A stretch of 62,948 bases of DNA, filler included, from Aduncisulcus paluster (Eukaryota): the NCBI GenBank assembly GCA_024181965.1. It is 39 parts of 39 records of this genome, joined end to end, with 100 filler letters (N's around TTAATTAATTAA, not from the genome) between each part and the next. Parts side by side here need not be neighbours in the genome. Positions count along the whole stretch, not along the records: positions 34,564 to 36,559 come from BQXS01001909.1; positions 36,660 to 37,730 come from BQXS01001911.1; positions 37,831 to 39,062 come from BQXS01001912.1; positions 39,163 to 40,273 come from BQXS01001916.1; positions 40,374 to 41,429 come from BQXS01001982.1; positions 41,530 to 42,610 come from BQXS01001984.1; positions 42,711 to 44,351 come from BQXS01001987.1; positions 44,452 to 45,899 come from BQXS01001988.1; 31 more parts are not named here. One strand, written 5' to 3'. A program made the translations under genes and the position numbers. This document shows, piece after piece, positions 36,252 to 47,697 of this stretch. Positions within the stretch are counted from its first letter, which is position 1. Each line of letters begins with the position of its first letter. The notes below the pieces were generated by a model. It did not search any database. It had not been told where the DNA came from and saw nothing but the letters and a program-made list of their open reading frames with translations.

Positions 36252-36559
36252 AGATCATCCTTTACATCTTCTTTAATTGCATTTGTTAAGTCTTCAAACT
36301 CACCATTTGCTCTTCTTACATATATAAGTGTAGTAATAAAACTCACTACAATAATACCAGCAGCAACAGGGAAAGCTAATGTTAACACACTTGCCTCATC
36401 TAATTTAATTCCAAGTAACTCTCTGTTAAAAGCAATTACTAATATATAACTATAAAATATAGCCAGTACAAACAAAGCTAACTTAACAGCAAAACCAGTT
36501 CTTTTTGAAACAAGTTCAATATAATTCGGGTTTGCTTGAATTTTTTTCACTAATGTTTT
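36248..36559 (-). CDS. DUF485 (YjcH-like) membrane protein
   Basis: Two TMs, 'YVRRAN.EF'; canonical actP partner. Confidence 0.88.
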   Translation of the reverse strand, partial: KTLVKKIQANPNYIELVSKRTGFAVKLALFVLAIFYSYILVIAFNRELLGIKLDEASVLTLAFPVAAGIIVVSFITTLIYVRRANGEFEDLTNAIKEDVKDDL

Positions 36560-36659
36560 NNNNNNNNNNNNNNNNNNNNNNNNNNNNNNNNNNNNNNNNN
36601 NNNTTAATTAATTAANNNNNNNNNNNNNNNNNNNNNNNNNNNNNNNNNNNNNNNNNNNN

Positions 36660-37268
36660 GAGGAAAATACGACAAAACTATTACAACATATAGCAAGTGA
36701 AGCTGGCTATCAAACTGACTTTGAATATATAGGTAATGTAGGTTTTAGTGATGATGGTATTACAAAAGATGATGAGATTTATGAATTTTGGTTCAAACTC
36801 ATACCTTGGGAAGATATTGCAATAGATGAGGGGGAGTTAGCTGTAATTCTTACTGACATTATCAATAATAAAAAAGGTATTATTTGTAATCCTGCATATA
36901 CACTTTTATTTCAAAGTAAAGGAATCATGAAAATTTTATGGGATTTATATCCAAATCATCCATTACTACTAGAAACTTCATTTGAACCTTTAGAGAACAA
37001 AAAACAAGTGGAAAAAATGTGTTTTGGTAGAGAGGGCGCTAATGTAGCTATTGTAAACGATGACAACTCTCTTGATATGAAAACTGATGGAGATTATGCA
37101 AACTTTAAACCTATCTATCAAGAGTATGTAGAGTTTCCTCAAGATGAAAAAGGAAGCTATTATCAAGCAGGTGTTTTTTATGCTTATGAAGCGTGTGGTT
37201 TAGGTTTTAGAAAAGGTGGAAAAATACTTGATAATATGTCTAAGTTTGTAGGACATATTGTAGAATAG
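36660..37268 (+). CDS. Glutathionylspermidine synthase family protein, C-terminus
   Basis: 'FKLIPWE', 'NPAYTLLFQSKG', 'LWDLYPNHPLLL', 'FGREGAN'. Confidence 0.88.
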   Translation, partial: EENTTKLLQHIASEAGYQTDFEYIGNVGFSDDGITKDDEIYEFWFKLIPWEDIAIDEGELAVILTDIINNKKGIICNPAYTLLFQSKGIMKILWDLYPNHPLLLETSFEPLENKKQVEKMCFGREGANVAIVNDDNSLDMKTDGDYANFKPIYQEYVEFPQDEKGSYYQAGVFYAYEACGLGFRKGGKILDNMSKFVGHIVE

Positions 37269-37299
37269 GCTAGGTGTAATGGCTCAAAGATAGAGTAAT

Positions 37300-37730
37300 T
37301 TACTCTATCTCTTCCCATGTACCATACATATTGTCAATATCTTTGATTACATCATTTGGAGTGTTGTGATATCTTAAAAAGGAAACAATATTTTGATAAT
37401 GATCTTTGTCAAATTGCATTGTTATATTATTTTCATCTCCATATACTCTAGCTAGCGCAGGTTTGTACAAATTTCGTATTTTTAATCCACCAATATTTAG
37501 ATTTGTTTTATAATAAGCTATCACTTCTCTTTCATCTTTAAGTGTTCCTACTAATCCTGCCAAAGAAACAATTTTTAGGGATGTAATATTTGGAATATTT
37601 CTAATATCATACTTCTGATTTTTTAATGGTTTTCCCTCTTCATCAATATTTAGATCAAGTTTGATAGAAAAGTTTTCATTTTTTTCTAGTCCGTGAAAAT
37701 TTAAAGTATACTCTTTTGCAAATAATGAAC
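37300..37730 (-). CDS. Hypothetical protein, partial
   Basis: Open frame converging on the glutathionylspermidine synthase gene. Confidence 0.5.
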
Positions 37731-37862
37731 NNNNNNNNNNNNNNNNNNNNNNNNNNNNNNNNNNNNNNNNNNNNTTAATTAATTAANNNNNNNNNNNNNN
37801 NNNNNNNNNNNNNNNNNNNNNNNNNNNNNNAAAATAGTTACTCCTGATAATTGTTGATTCAA

Positions 37863-39062
37863 TTAATTGTAGAGATTGCGAAGCGGTAATATCCCGGCTT
37901 CACGGGCTCCATTTATACTGATGTAGGTGACAGCCGAGGGTTCGTCTTTATATTCATTGATCGTTTTGAGACCGGACCCCTGAGCCTGATCAAGGTCAGC
38001 ACATGCCAGCAGAGTGGTTTCGATGGGGATAATCGGAGCGTCTTTTTCCGCATTACTGGAAACTCCAACCATCATATGACTTGGCAGGAGGATCAGATAG
38101 GCATTTAAGCCGATTTTTCTAAAAATAGAGGCAAGCAGCACAGCTCCGTCTGCACAATTTGCCTGTGCTCCACGAGTAGAATCTCCCACAAGGCGTATAT
38201 GTTGTGCAGCTACCACATCAGATTCCACAGAAGTAGTTGAGATGGAGCTGTACCTGAACCCTTTGTCTTTCAGAACTTTCCAGATCGCTTCCATTTGAAG
38301 GGCTACGTCCATTTCATCTCCCTGATAGCCTATAAATGCGTCTACATATCCTTTGCGCAGAGCCTCACTGAGTATTTCGTCTATGATGGGATCTCCCTCG
38401 TTAACGTAGGCAGCAAACATTTCTGACCAATCCTCAAAGTTTTTGCCTTCGTTAGTGTATAGTCCAAAAAAAACAATCATTTACTGAACGAACAATAACG
38501 GTTTGTGTATGCTCGCCGACTTCCTGGCCATTGACGAACACTCTTGCGGTGATGTCCTCAGGGTAGGGCTGTCGAATGGATAGTAATTTTTCATATTCGT
38601 AACGTAGATGCGGGCTTATTTCATATACTTTGTCTGTATCGGGAAGAGTTACGGTCATCTTCGAGGGGCGAATGAGTTTTGTGCTCGTAATTTCCACAGT
38701 TACCCTGTCCCCGGGATTCACTGCACGGATGAACACCGAGGCCATTGCTAATGGTGAACCGAATGTGTTTTCTTTACGATTGACCCCGATATTTTCCGGA
38801 TCAAGGGTGGATAGGGCGATAATAGCTGCAGGAAAAATTTGATCATCTAGCCCGAAAGCAAGAAGCCAGTCCCCCGGTGCAAAGCCTTCATCTTCATTAC
38901 CGGTTTCCGGCTGAGGTTCAGGCGTGGTTACAGCATCTACCTCTTTATCCTCAGTTTGAGCTGTTGGAGTTTCAGTCTGGCTGAATGATCTGGTTAAGTC
39001 GGTATCGGTGAACAATTCACCTGCAACGGTTTTATGTCCATCGGTTTCCCTTTGGTTGCTGA
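37863..39062 (-). CDS. Transglutaminase-like (Cys-His) protein split by a frameshift at the A8/T8 run 38466-38473
   Basis: 'ANCADGAVLLAS...PSHMMVG...IETT'; removing one T joins ORFs 39015-38452 and 38480-37863 (NDCFFGL). Confidence 0.65.
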
Positions 39063-39162
39063 NNNNNNNNNNNNNNNNNNNNNNNNNNNNNNNNNNNNNN
39101 NNNNNNTTAATTAATTAANNNNNNNNNNNNNNNNNNNNNNNNNNNNNNNNNNNNNNNNNNNN

Positions 39163-39440
39163 TTGCCTATAGAGATAATGATGATAAAAAAACTGGCGAG
39201 TATTCATTTACAGATCATGAAGAGGTAAGCTATCAGATAGTTAAAAACTGGCCTTTTTTAAGTGACTGGTCAAAAGATATGATACGATACCATTATCTTA
39301 TACGAGATCGTAAAAACTCTAAAAAAAGAGAAAACTTTAAAAGACTTGAAAGACTAGAAAAAGAATGGAATAGTTTAAGTCCAGAGTTTATAAAAGACTT
39401 AGAACAATTTTTGATATATGATGATAAAGGGAAAAAATAG
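39163..39440 (+). CDS. HD-domain protein, C-terminus
   Basis: 'FTDHEE.SYQ...IRYHYL...FL.YDDKGKK'. Confidence 0.5.
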
Positions 39441-39442
39441 AT

Positions 39443-40222
39443 ATGAGATTACTTGAGTTAAGTATAAAGGATTATTTTACTAAAGATATGTTGAAGCTGA
39501 TTGTATTTCCTCTTATAGGAAGTTTTTTGGTGATGATGATGATGTTTTATGCTATTGCAGATATGGGACTTTCTCATTTAGAAGAAACACAAATACAAAT
39601 ACAACAACACCAAACTATGGTTGAAAATGGCGTAGTTCAAGAAACTTCTTCAGATGAAACATATACAGGTAGTTCGATTATAGATTTTTTACTTAGATAT
39701 ACTGTAACATCGTGGATAGTGAGTTTTTTAGTTTATACTATTGGTTTATTTGCTATAGGATATTTGAGTATATTTACCTCTCTTATTATTGTAGGTTTTT
39801 TAACACCAAAGATTTTACATACTATTCATAAAAGACACTATTCTCACTTACAACTTGAAGAAGGTTATGATACTGCTGTTGGAAGTACATTTAAACTTTT
39901 AAAGACTACACTAGTGATGTTAGTATTACTCATTTTATTTATACCTTTATATTTTATACCTGTTGTAAATATAGTTGCTATTAACTTACCATTTTATTAT
40001 CTCTTTCATAAGATGCTTAACTATGATGTGAGTGCAAATATTATGTCATATGAAAGATTCAAACATTTATATTATTTTAACAAGTCATCATTTAGAGGAA
40101 AAACTCTGTTTTTATATGTAGTTTCTCTTATTCCCTTTGTTGCATTTTTTATATCTATTTTTTATATTATATATTTGGGTCATAGTTATTTTTATTTATT
40201 AGAAAAAGATAATGGGAATTAA
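39443..40222 (+). CDS. EI24/CysZ-like membrane protein
   Basis: Multiple TMs, 'GFLTP.I...HKRHY', 'PLYFIPV'. Confidence 0.75.
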   Translation: MRLLELSIKDYFTKDMLKLIVFPLIGSFLVMMMMFYAIADMGLSHLEETQIQIQQHQTMVENGVVQETSSDETYTGSSIIDFLLRYTVTSWIVSFLVYTIGLFAIGYLSIFTSLIIVGFLTPKILHTIHKRHYSHLQLEEGYDTAVGSTFKLLKTTLVMLVLLILFIPLYFIPVVNIVAINLPFYYLFHKMLNYDVSANIMSYERFKHLYYFNKSSFRGKTLFLYVVSLIPFVAFFISIFYIIYLGHSYFYLLEKDNGN

Positions 40223-40273
40223 AACAGTAATTACAAAAGGTGAACTTCCACTAAAATATAAAGAGTTTAATCT
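40212..40273 (+). CDS. Phosphotransferase/homoserine-kinase-like, N-terminus
   Basis: MGIKTVI... overlapping the EI24 stop; very short. Confidence 0.35.
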
Positions 40274-40373
40274 NNNNNNNNNNNNNNNNNNNNNNNNNNN
40301 NNNNNNNNNNNNNNNNNTTAATTAATTAANNNNNNNNNNNNNNNNNNNNNNNNNNNNNNNNNNNNNNNNNNNN

Positions 40374-40817
40374 GACCTCGTAGGGGTATCCAATTCCACC
40401 GAACTCGTAACTAGATGGGGGAAATGTTTCGAGGAGACCTGAGCTGTGTTGATAGAGGGTTGGGAGGAAGTAGTGGCGGGCAAATCTTTGCGGAGAATCA
40501 TGGTAGGCAGCGAGAAGGGTTTTCAGGGGCGTATACCAGTCACAAGCCCCATGTAAAAGGTAGGACTTGGCATCACTTACCTTCATGGACGTGGTAAGGC
40601 GGCGTACCACTCCAAAATTGGCCATACAGATTTGACCAAACAGGCATAGGGTCACGATATCAGAATCGGACGCCGTCGCTTTAAGGTAGGGGGGAAAGAT
40701 CAGCCTGAGGGGATAAAAGAAGCACTGTACACATTCAGAGAAGGTACATTCTCTTTCATGCATTATTATACGGAAATGGGCACAATACTGTTGCAATACT
40801 AACTTTGGAAGCTCCAT
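40374..40817 (-). CDS. Hypothetical (probably eukaryotic) protein, partial
   Basis: Open frame GC-richer than its flank; no recognised domain. Confidence 0.4.
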
Positions 40818-40984
40818 AACCGTATCAAAAGTGTGATTTGCAATCTAGCGTCATATAGGGGCTAATTACACATAATTTAAGACATTAATTTTTTACTAAT
40901 GTAACATATAAAAATCTCCTTCAATATATTTGGTGCTATTTTGTTCTTAGGAAGGCACAGGAAAAAAATGAACATACTACTGTA

Positions 40985-41310
40985 GTATAATAAAATAAAA
41001 AAATTAATTATATGAGTTATAGAAGGCTTATATGTCATATTATCTTAATTATATGTTAAAAATGGCATTATACCTTCTTAATACCATTAGTCAAGAATTA
41101 AGCTTTTTTAGCAATTTAATTAAAAATTATAATATATATATTACTCTCCGTAAGGGTAGATAATAAATATTAAATTATTATTTTATTTTGTAAAATAGGG
41201 GACGAGATACAGGGGTGCAAAAAGTGGCAAAAAAGGGTTTTTTTAGAATAACTTTAAGTCACTTGGGTTTTCTTATTGCTACATGAATATATAAATAAAT
41301 CCTTCTATTT
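40985..41310 (-). repeat. AT-rich dispersed repeat, inverted homologue of about 53465-53799
   Basis: Shared blocks such as CCCTTTTTTGCCACTTTTTGCACCCCTGTATCTCG and TAATGGTATTAAGAAGGTATAATGCCATTTTTAACATATAATTAAGATAATATGACATA. Confidence 0.9.
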
Positions 41311-41529
41311 ATATTTTAAATAATTAATCGACTCATGCGGTACAGGAGATTTTTGACAAAGCAATTTGGTGTCAGTATAGGTAACAATAATAATGGATTA
41401 TCACGGTATGTAATACTTTAGCGGCTAATNNNNNNNNNNNNNNNNNNNNNNNNNNNNNNNNNNNNNNNNNNNNTTAATTAATTAANNNNNNNNNNNNNNN
41501 NNNNNNNNNNNNNNNNNNNNNNNNNNNNN

Positions 41530-42610
41530 CATATTTGTTCAACTATAATCGAGATTTGTATCATTTTCTCCACTCCACATCCCCGCAGACAGATGTATTC
41601 AATCCATTTGTAGCCCCATTTGAATCCATTCCAATTTACATGACATTGCCCTGCAAACGTACCATGGAGTCTCTCATTCTTCATGATGACAACTTTGAGT
41701 TCTTCCCGGAGAGAAATTGTTTCGTAAATACATTCCACCCATCTGAAGCCAGAATAGCATCCATACGTGAAATTGATGAGCGGATTGATATATCTGAATT
41801 ACGAATCAAATTCGATATCCATCCGTGTGACTATAGCCAAACACTTTTGAATGAAGTAATGAAATCACTGGATAAGAATATCTTTGGGCACATTGTGTTC
41901 ATATGTTATGACGATGACGATCCTAATTCAATCTTATTTGCAAAGTATGCGACTGAGTACATGCGTTATCGCCAGCCGTGTCTCCACATTGTTTTGTGGA
42001 ACATCGGTGAAGAGATAGATTTCATGCTGTCAGAATCATGTTCATCGCCCCAAACAATTGGAAAGACCTTTGTACAGAAAAATGATGCATTGTTGGTCGA
42101 TGGGTTTGACAAATACAATGAAGTCTTGGATCTACTTATTCGTGTTCAAGCATCCGAAATACAAAGAATCAAGGATCCCAGCGATCCAAGTGCATGTGTT
42201 GTCAAAGAGGATGATGTCTTCAAATTATATGCAGTTCCACGCTCTGTCGCTATCTTTGGAGCAGGGCAGAAAGAATACGCTTCCAGATTCCATAAGTGGG
42301 CCAAAGATGCCACTTCTAAATTCTCTTCTTCTTGTTCATCTTCTTCTGTCAAGCATGTGGGTGGGAAATACAACACATTTGGAAAAGGGAATCGGCAAAG
42401 CAAATATTTCCTTGTCTTTGACAAGATTGACTCTGAGAGGTATTGGAAACAAGAGCTTGGGATTCATTATAGCAGAAAGGATGAATTCAATCAATTCCTT
42501 GCTGCGTGTGTTGTTTTCGATGTTTGTGACATCTACTCCTTCCGAGCTGCAGAAGATCTCCTCTTGGACATTCTCGAGTGGAAGTCTGGGGAAACACATC
42601 GCACGAACCT
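41530..42610 (+). CDS. Eukaryotic hypothetical protein with degenerate small-GTPase-like segments, partial
   Basis: Open across the contig; 'IVFICYDDDDPNS' and 'CVVFDVCDIYSF' resemble Ras beta4-alpha3. Confidence 0.5.
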
Positions 42611-42710
42611 NNNNNNNNNNNNNNNNNNNNNNNNNNNNNNNNNNNNNNNNNNNNTTAATTAATTAANNNNNNNNNNNNNNNNNNNNNNNNNNNNNNNNNN
42701 NNNNNNNNNN

Positions 42711-43889
42711 TCAAAAAACAATACTCAAAGTTGTGCCACCTGTCACAATCCTCAGCATGGATTTGTCGACAATCGAGATAATGGCGTTCAAGGTGCTGGG
42801 AGTTTGGGAGATGATCAAAAAAGTATAGGTGATAGAAATACTCCAACAGCATCGTATGCAATGTTTTCACCAAGATTTCATTTTGATGCTAAAAAAGGTC
42901 AATATATTGGTGGTCAGTTTTATGATGGTAGAGAGCATACTTTAAAAGGGCAAGCAGGTGGACCTCCTACAAATCCTGTGGAGATGGGAATACCAACAAA
43001 AGAATTTTTAGCTAAAAGATTAGAACAAGATAAGTTATATAATCAAGAGTTTAAAACTTTATATGGTGATGATATTTTTGAGAACTCTGATAAAGCATAC
43101 GAGATGATGGCACAAGCAATTGCAGCTTTTGAAACAACAAAAGAGTTTGCCCCGTTTGATAGTAAATATGATAGATTTTTAAAAGGTGAATATGATTTGA
43201 CTGTTTTAGAAGATTTAGGACGAACTTTATTTTTTAGCAACAATAATAATAATTGTGCTTCATGTCATGTACTTAAAACAGAAGATGCACCACACGAAAC
43301 ATTTACAAACTATCAATACCACAATATTGGTGTACCTCAAAATAAACTTTTAATGGAAAAAAATGTAGTAGACCCAAAAAACTTTGTTGATCATGGTTTG
43401 ATGCAAAACCCTTTAGTAAAAGAGTTACCAAATGCAAAAGAATTTGATGGAAAAATTAAAGTACCAACACTTCGAAATATTGCAATAACTGCACCTTATA
43501 TGCATAATGGTGTTTTTAAAGATCTTGATACGGTTGTTAGATTTTATGATAAATATGTAAATAAAGAACAAAAAATAAATCCANNNNNNNNNNNNNNNNN
43601 NNNNNNNNNNNNNNNNNNNNNNNNNNNNNNNNNNNNNNNNNNNNNNNNNNNNNNNNNNNNNNNNNNNNNNNNNNNNNNNNNNNNNNNNNNNNNNNNNNNN
43701 NNNNNNNNNNNNNNNNNNNCAGAAACAAACAAACCATGGGCAGAACCTGAAGTTGCTATTGGTAAAGATGATATGGATTTACTTACAAATGCAAAAGCAT
43801 TAAATGAAAGAAAAATAAAAGCGTTGGTAGCTTTTATGAAAACTTTAACAGACAAACGATATGAATATTTACTAGAAGAGGAAAAATAG
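42711..43889 (+). CDS. Di-haem cytochrome c peroxidase/MauG-family protein, partial
   Basis: Two CxxCH (CATCH, CASCH), 'RNTPT', 'KVPTLRNI...APYMHNG'. Confidence 0.92.
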   Translation, partial: SKNNTQSCATCHNPQHGFVDNRDNGVQGAGSLGDDQKSIGDRNTPTASYAMFSPRFHFDAKKGQYIGGQFYDGREHTLKGQAGGPPTNPVEMGIPTKEFLAKRLEQDKLYNQEFKTLYGDDIFENSDKAYEMMAQAIAAFETTKEFAPFDSKYDRFLKGEYDLTVLEDLGRTLFFSNNNNNCASCHVLKTEDAPHETFTNYQYHNIGVPQNKLLMEKNVVDPKNFVDHGLMQNPLVKELPNAKEFDGKIKVPTLRNIAITAPYMHNGVFKDLDTVVRFYDKYVNKEQKINPXXXXXXXXXXXXXXXXXXXXXXXXXXXXXXXXXXXXXXXXXXXXXXETNKPWAEPEVAIGKDDMDLLTNAKALNERKIKALVAFMKTLTDKRYEYLLEEEK

Positions 43890-44351
43890 ATGTTAAAAAA
43901 ATTATTGGTAATAAGTGTTTTATGGAGTACATTTATAAGTGCTAGTGAGGTTGTAAATGTTTATTCTCATAGACATTATGCTGTAGATAAACAACTTTAT
44001 AAAAAGTTTTATAAACAAACAGGGATAAAAGTAAATCTTTTAAAAGCATCATCAGCTGAGTTAATACAAAGAATTGCAAAAGAGGGTAAATTTACAAAAG
44101 CAGATGTTCTTTTAACAACAGATGTAGGGATGCTAGAATTAGCACGAAGTAAAGATATTTTTGTAGCTACTCAATCAGAGTTTTTGAATAAAACAATTCC
44201 CGTACATTTAAAAGATAAAGATAATCTATGGTTTGCACTTACAAAACGGGCTAGAATTATAGCCTATAATATTGATGAAGTGAATACAGATGAATTAAGT
44301 ACTTATAGTGCTTTAGGTGAAGAGAAGTGGAAAGATAGAATTGTTGTTACT
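43890..44351 (+). CDS. Fe3+ ABC transporter substrate-binding protein, partial
   Basis: 'VNVYSHRHY', 'ADVLLT.D', 'WFALTKRAR'. Confidence 0.85.
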
Positions 44352-44451
44352 NNNNNNNNNNNNNNNNNNNNNNNNNNNNNNNNNNNNNNNNNNNNTTAAT
44401 TAATTAANNNNNNNNNNNNNNNNNNNNNNNNNNNNNNNNNNNNNNNNNNNN

Positions 44452-45879
44452 AATCAAGGAGGTGAGATACTTCACGATAGACAAGTAAACATTGAGACTG
44501 AATACAACATAGATGAGACAGCCACAAAGAGAAATGGAAGATACGACGATTCAGGAATTTCTCGCCAGGATACTGAGTTTGAATTTCTCTCAGGATTAAT
44601 GGGAAAAATACCCAAGACTCACGACATCTCTCTAGGGGGGGCAAATTTCTCGAGAAAGAAGAAAACGAAATATCGGTCAAAATATCCAAATTTTTTTTGA
44701 ACTCATACAAATCAATCCATTTCTCACGCAATTGCAAACCAGGAAGAACATAAACCTTCAACAAGGAAAGAAAATCATCTGAGACCTCAAGAATCTCATT
44801 TGTATGATCACGGGACACATTGTGCATAATCTTCACGATATTACATCGGACTGATGTCGGAATGCAGAGTTTATCCTTGCTATGATACAAAGATATTAAT
44901 TTGATGTATGGTCTGATCAATTGATAGATATCAGAAGTACAATCAACAGAACAAATATACCCCTTACAGACCTTGACGAAATACATGAACACGATATCCC
45001 GATCCAAAGAATGATTGGATTCAAGGATCGAGGCAAATTGCTTTATGATTTGTTTCATGACAAGACTCTCGAACGTTCGGATTCAAAATTTTCACATCGT
45101 TCCATCAATTTGGATAAACACACAAGGCATAAGGTAAGCTCAATTCCATTGGTTGTATCATTGATTGGGGTGGAATATTTATCCAGAACTTCACGGATAC
45201 ATTTCACATTATCCAAAAAAATATCCTCCATTTCGCCGCGATCTTTTGAATACAATTTTACAAGAAGATTCTTCCACACAAGAGTGGCTTCATCCGTGAC
45301 ATCATGATAATTGGCATAGAAAATGGGATCTAGACCATGAATCAAGCACCACTTCATCCCACTATCATACTTGGGCGATATAAGACTAAATGTAGCTCTG
45401 TCGGAAGCAAAGAGTGTCATCAAGCGTGCCCAGAAGATATATCCATGAGAGATGGAAGCACACGAAGATTCAGCCTGGAACGTAGTCAACCACTCATCAA
45501 GATGATCTTTCACAAGCTCATAGATTAAAGGAATATTATCGGAGTTCGCAGACACAAGCACATACAACATGGCCAGCAAAGGAGACAATCCATCACAAGG
45601 ACAAGACTCTGCAGAACAAAGCTGACGAAGGATACTACCAAGGGAATCTAATTCGAAAGATTTTGAGGAGTAAGAATTTGATAATATTTGGCATATATAA
45701 AGCTCAATCGCACTTCTTTCAAACGATTTAACAACAGGTTCTAAAGATCGCAATATGTCAACGAAAATATGCATAAAATACGAGGAAGATTCATAAACAC
45801 ATTTTAATATTGTAATGAGTAAATCTGGAATTAGTCTTAACGATTTCTCTCGAAGAATGATCCGATCGAGAGCATTCAT
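44452..45879 (-). CDS. Eukaryotic helical-repeat hypothetical protein; two overlapping ORFs, probably one frameshifted gene
   Basis: ORFs 45879-45055 and 45058-44452 have similar composition and internally similar motifs (IYELVKDHLD / IYQLIRPYI / VYREVSHLLD). Confidence 0.55.
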
Positions 45880-45999
45880 GGAAAAACAATAAATATCCCN
45901 NNNNNNNNNNNNNNNNNNNNNNNNNNNNNNNNNNNNNNNNNNNTTAATTAATTAANNNNNNNNNNNNNNNNNNNNNNNNNNNNNNNNNNNNNNNNNNNN

Positions 46000-46064
46000 G
46001 ATTGATTGTTCGAACCTTTATTTTGTTGTTGTCTATTTTTAAAATAGTCATTATCGATTGGCAT
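46000..46064 (-). CDS. N-terminus of probable prohibitin/SPFH protein
   Basis: MPIDNDYFKNRQQQ with RBS; family assignment from recollection only. Confidence 0.4.
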
Positions 46065-46146
46065 CTCTTTCCTTTTTTTAGTTAATTAATGTAATCATAT
46101 ATGATTGCACTTTGTTTTATCTTAAATAACTTTTTTAGTTCTAATA

Positions 46147-46991
46147 TTAGTTTATATAAGTTAAGTATTTTAAATATTTTTCATTTTTTCCTGCAACCAC
46201 ATCAAAGTAAGCAGATTGTATTTTTTCTGTTATAGGTCCACGACTTCCACAACCAATAATTCTTGCATCAACATCTTTAATAGGAGTTATCTCAGCAGCT
46301 GTTCCTGTAAGAAAACACTCTTCACAAATATATACTTCTTCTCTTGTTATTCTTCTTCTTACAACCTCTATTCCCATGTCGTTTGCAAGGTCAATTACTG
46401 TTGCTTGTGTAATAGATTTCAATGAATTGTCATTTGGTGGAGTGATTAGTTTTCCATCTTCTACCATGAAAAAACAAGCACCACTAGCTTCTGCTATATA
46501 CCCTTGATCATCTCGCATAAGAGCTTCATCATATCCAGCTTCAACAGCTTCGTATTTTGCCATTTGAGAGTTTAAATAGTTTGCTACTGCTTTAGCTTTA
46601 CCCATTCCTGAAGTATTTCCACCTCTTGTCATTGAAGATATTTTAAGTCGGATTCCATTTTTTAAACCCTCTTCTCCTAAATATGCTCCCCATTTCCAAG
46701 CTGAGATAGATACATTTACAGGAGCATCTTTATGATAAAGACCCATTACTCCATATCCTAAATATACAAGTGGTCTGATATATGCACCTTCAAATAATTC
46801 ATTTTCTTGTAATAGTTTTACTTGAGCATCATTGAGTTCTTCTACGCTATAAGGTACATTCATTAGTGTCATTTTAGAAGAGTCTAAAAGTCTTTGTGTA
46901 TGTTCTTTTAGTTTAAATANNNNNNNNNNNNNNNNNNNNCATCCCAAGGAGTAAGTACACCATCCATCCAAATATATTTTGCTTTTTCCAT
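46147..46991 (-). CDS. ilvE: Branched-chain amino acid aminotransferase, with gap
   Basis: 'YIWMDG', 'YIRPL', 'GYDEAL', 'FLTGTAAEITP'. Confidence 0.95.
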
Positions 46992-47067
46992 TTAATTTAT
47001 CCTAAATTTATATTTCACTTTGTAATTATTTTATCCAAAAATAGTTTAAAAAGGATATAATTATTTT

Positions 47068-47402
47068 ATGAATAAAGAACTAAACATAAAAGATATAGAA
47101 AATATTTTACAAAATAGAATCAAGAATGACGAATTTCAAACTTTGAAAAGTATGCCAACTCCTGAAAACTTTAAAGATATAGATAAAGCAACAAAAAGAA
47201 TTGTTCATGCCATTAAGAATGATGAAACTATTAATTTGGTTGGTGATTATGATGTTGATGGTGTAACATCAACTGCCATTATGGTTTCATTTTTTAGTGC
47301 ATTAGGTGTAGAGATAAATTATATTATTCCCAATCGGTTTGAACATGGTTATGGACTGAGCCCTCTAATTTTGGAACAGATATATGATGGAATAATAATA
47401 AC
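47068..47402 (+). CDS. recJ: ssDNA exonuclease RecJ, N-terminus
   Basis: 'GDYDVDGVTS', 'IPNRFEHGYGL'. Confidence 0.9.
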
Positions 47403-47503
47403 NNNNNNNNNNNNNNNNNNNNNNNNNNNNNNNNNNNNNNNNNNNNTTAATTAATTAANNNNNNNNNNNNNNNNNNNNNNNNNNNNNNNNNNNNNNNNNN
47501 NNC

Positions 47504-47624
47504 GTCGTCCTGGCGAAAGCCAGGACCCATAACCACAGGCGTTTGTTGGGAAAGGGGTCGCGGCCCCAGCTTCGCGCAATCATCAGCCGCGGGGGTAATG
47601 GGTCCTGGCCTTCGCCAGGACGAC
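47504..47624. repeat. REP-like inverted palindrome doublet (Bradyrhizobium-type)
   Basis: GTCGTCCTGGCGAAAGCCAGGACCCAT ... ATGGGTCCTGGCCTTCGCCAGGACGAC. Confidence 0.75.
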
Positions 47625-47697
47625 ACCGAATGTACAGCTTCGCCGGTGGTCAAGGTTCCGCATTTTCGCGACGCGATCCGGTGCTTAGCCGAGGGCG

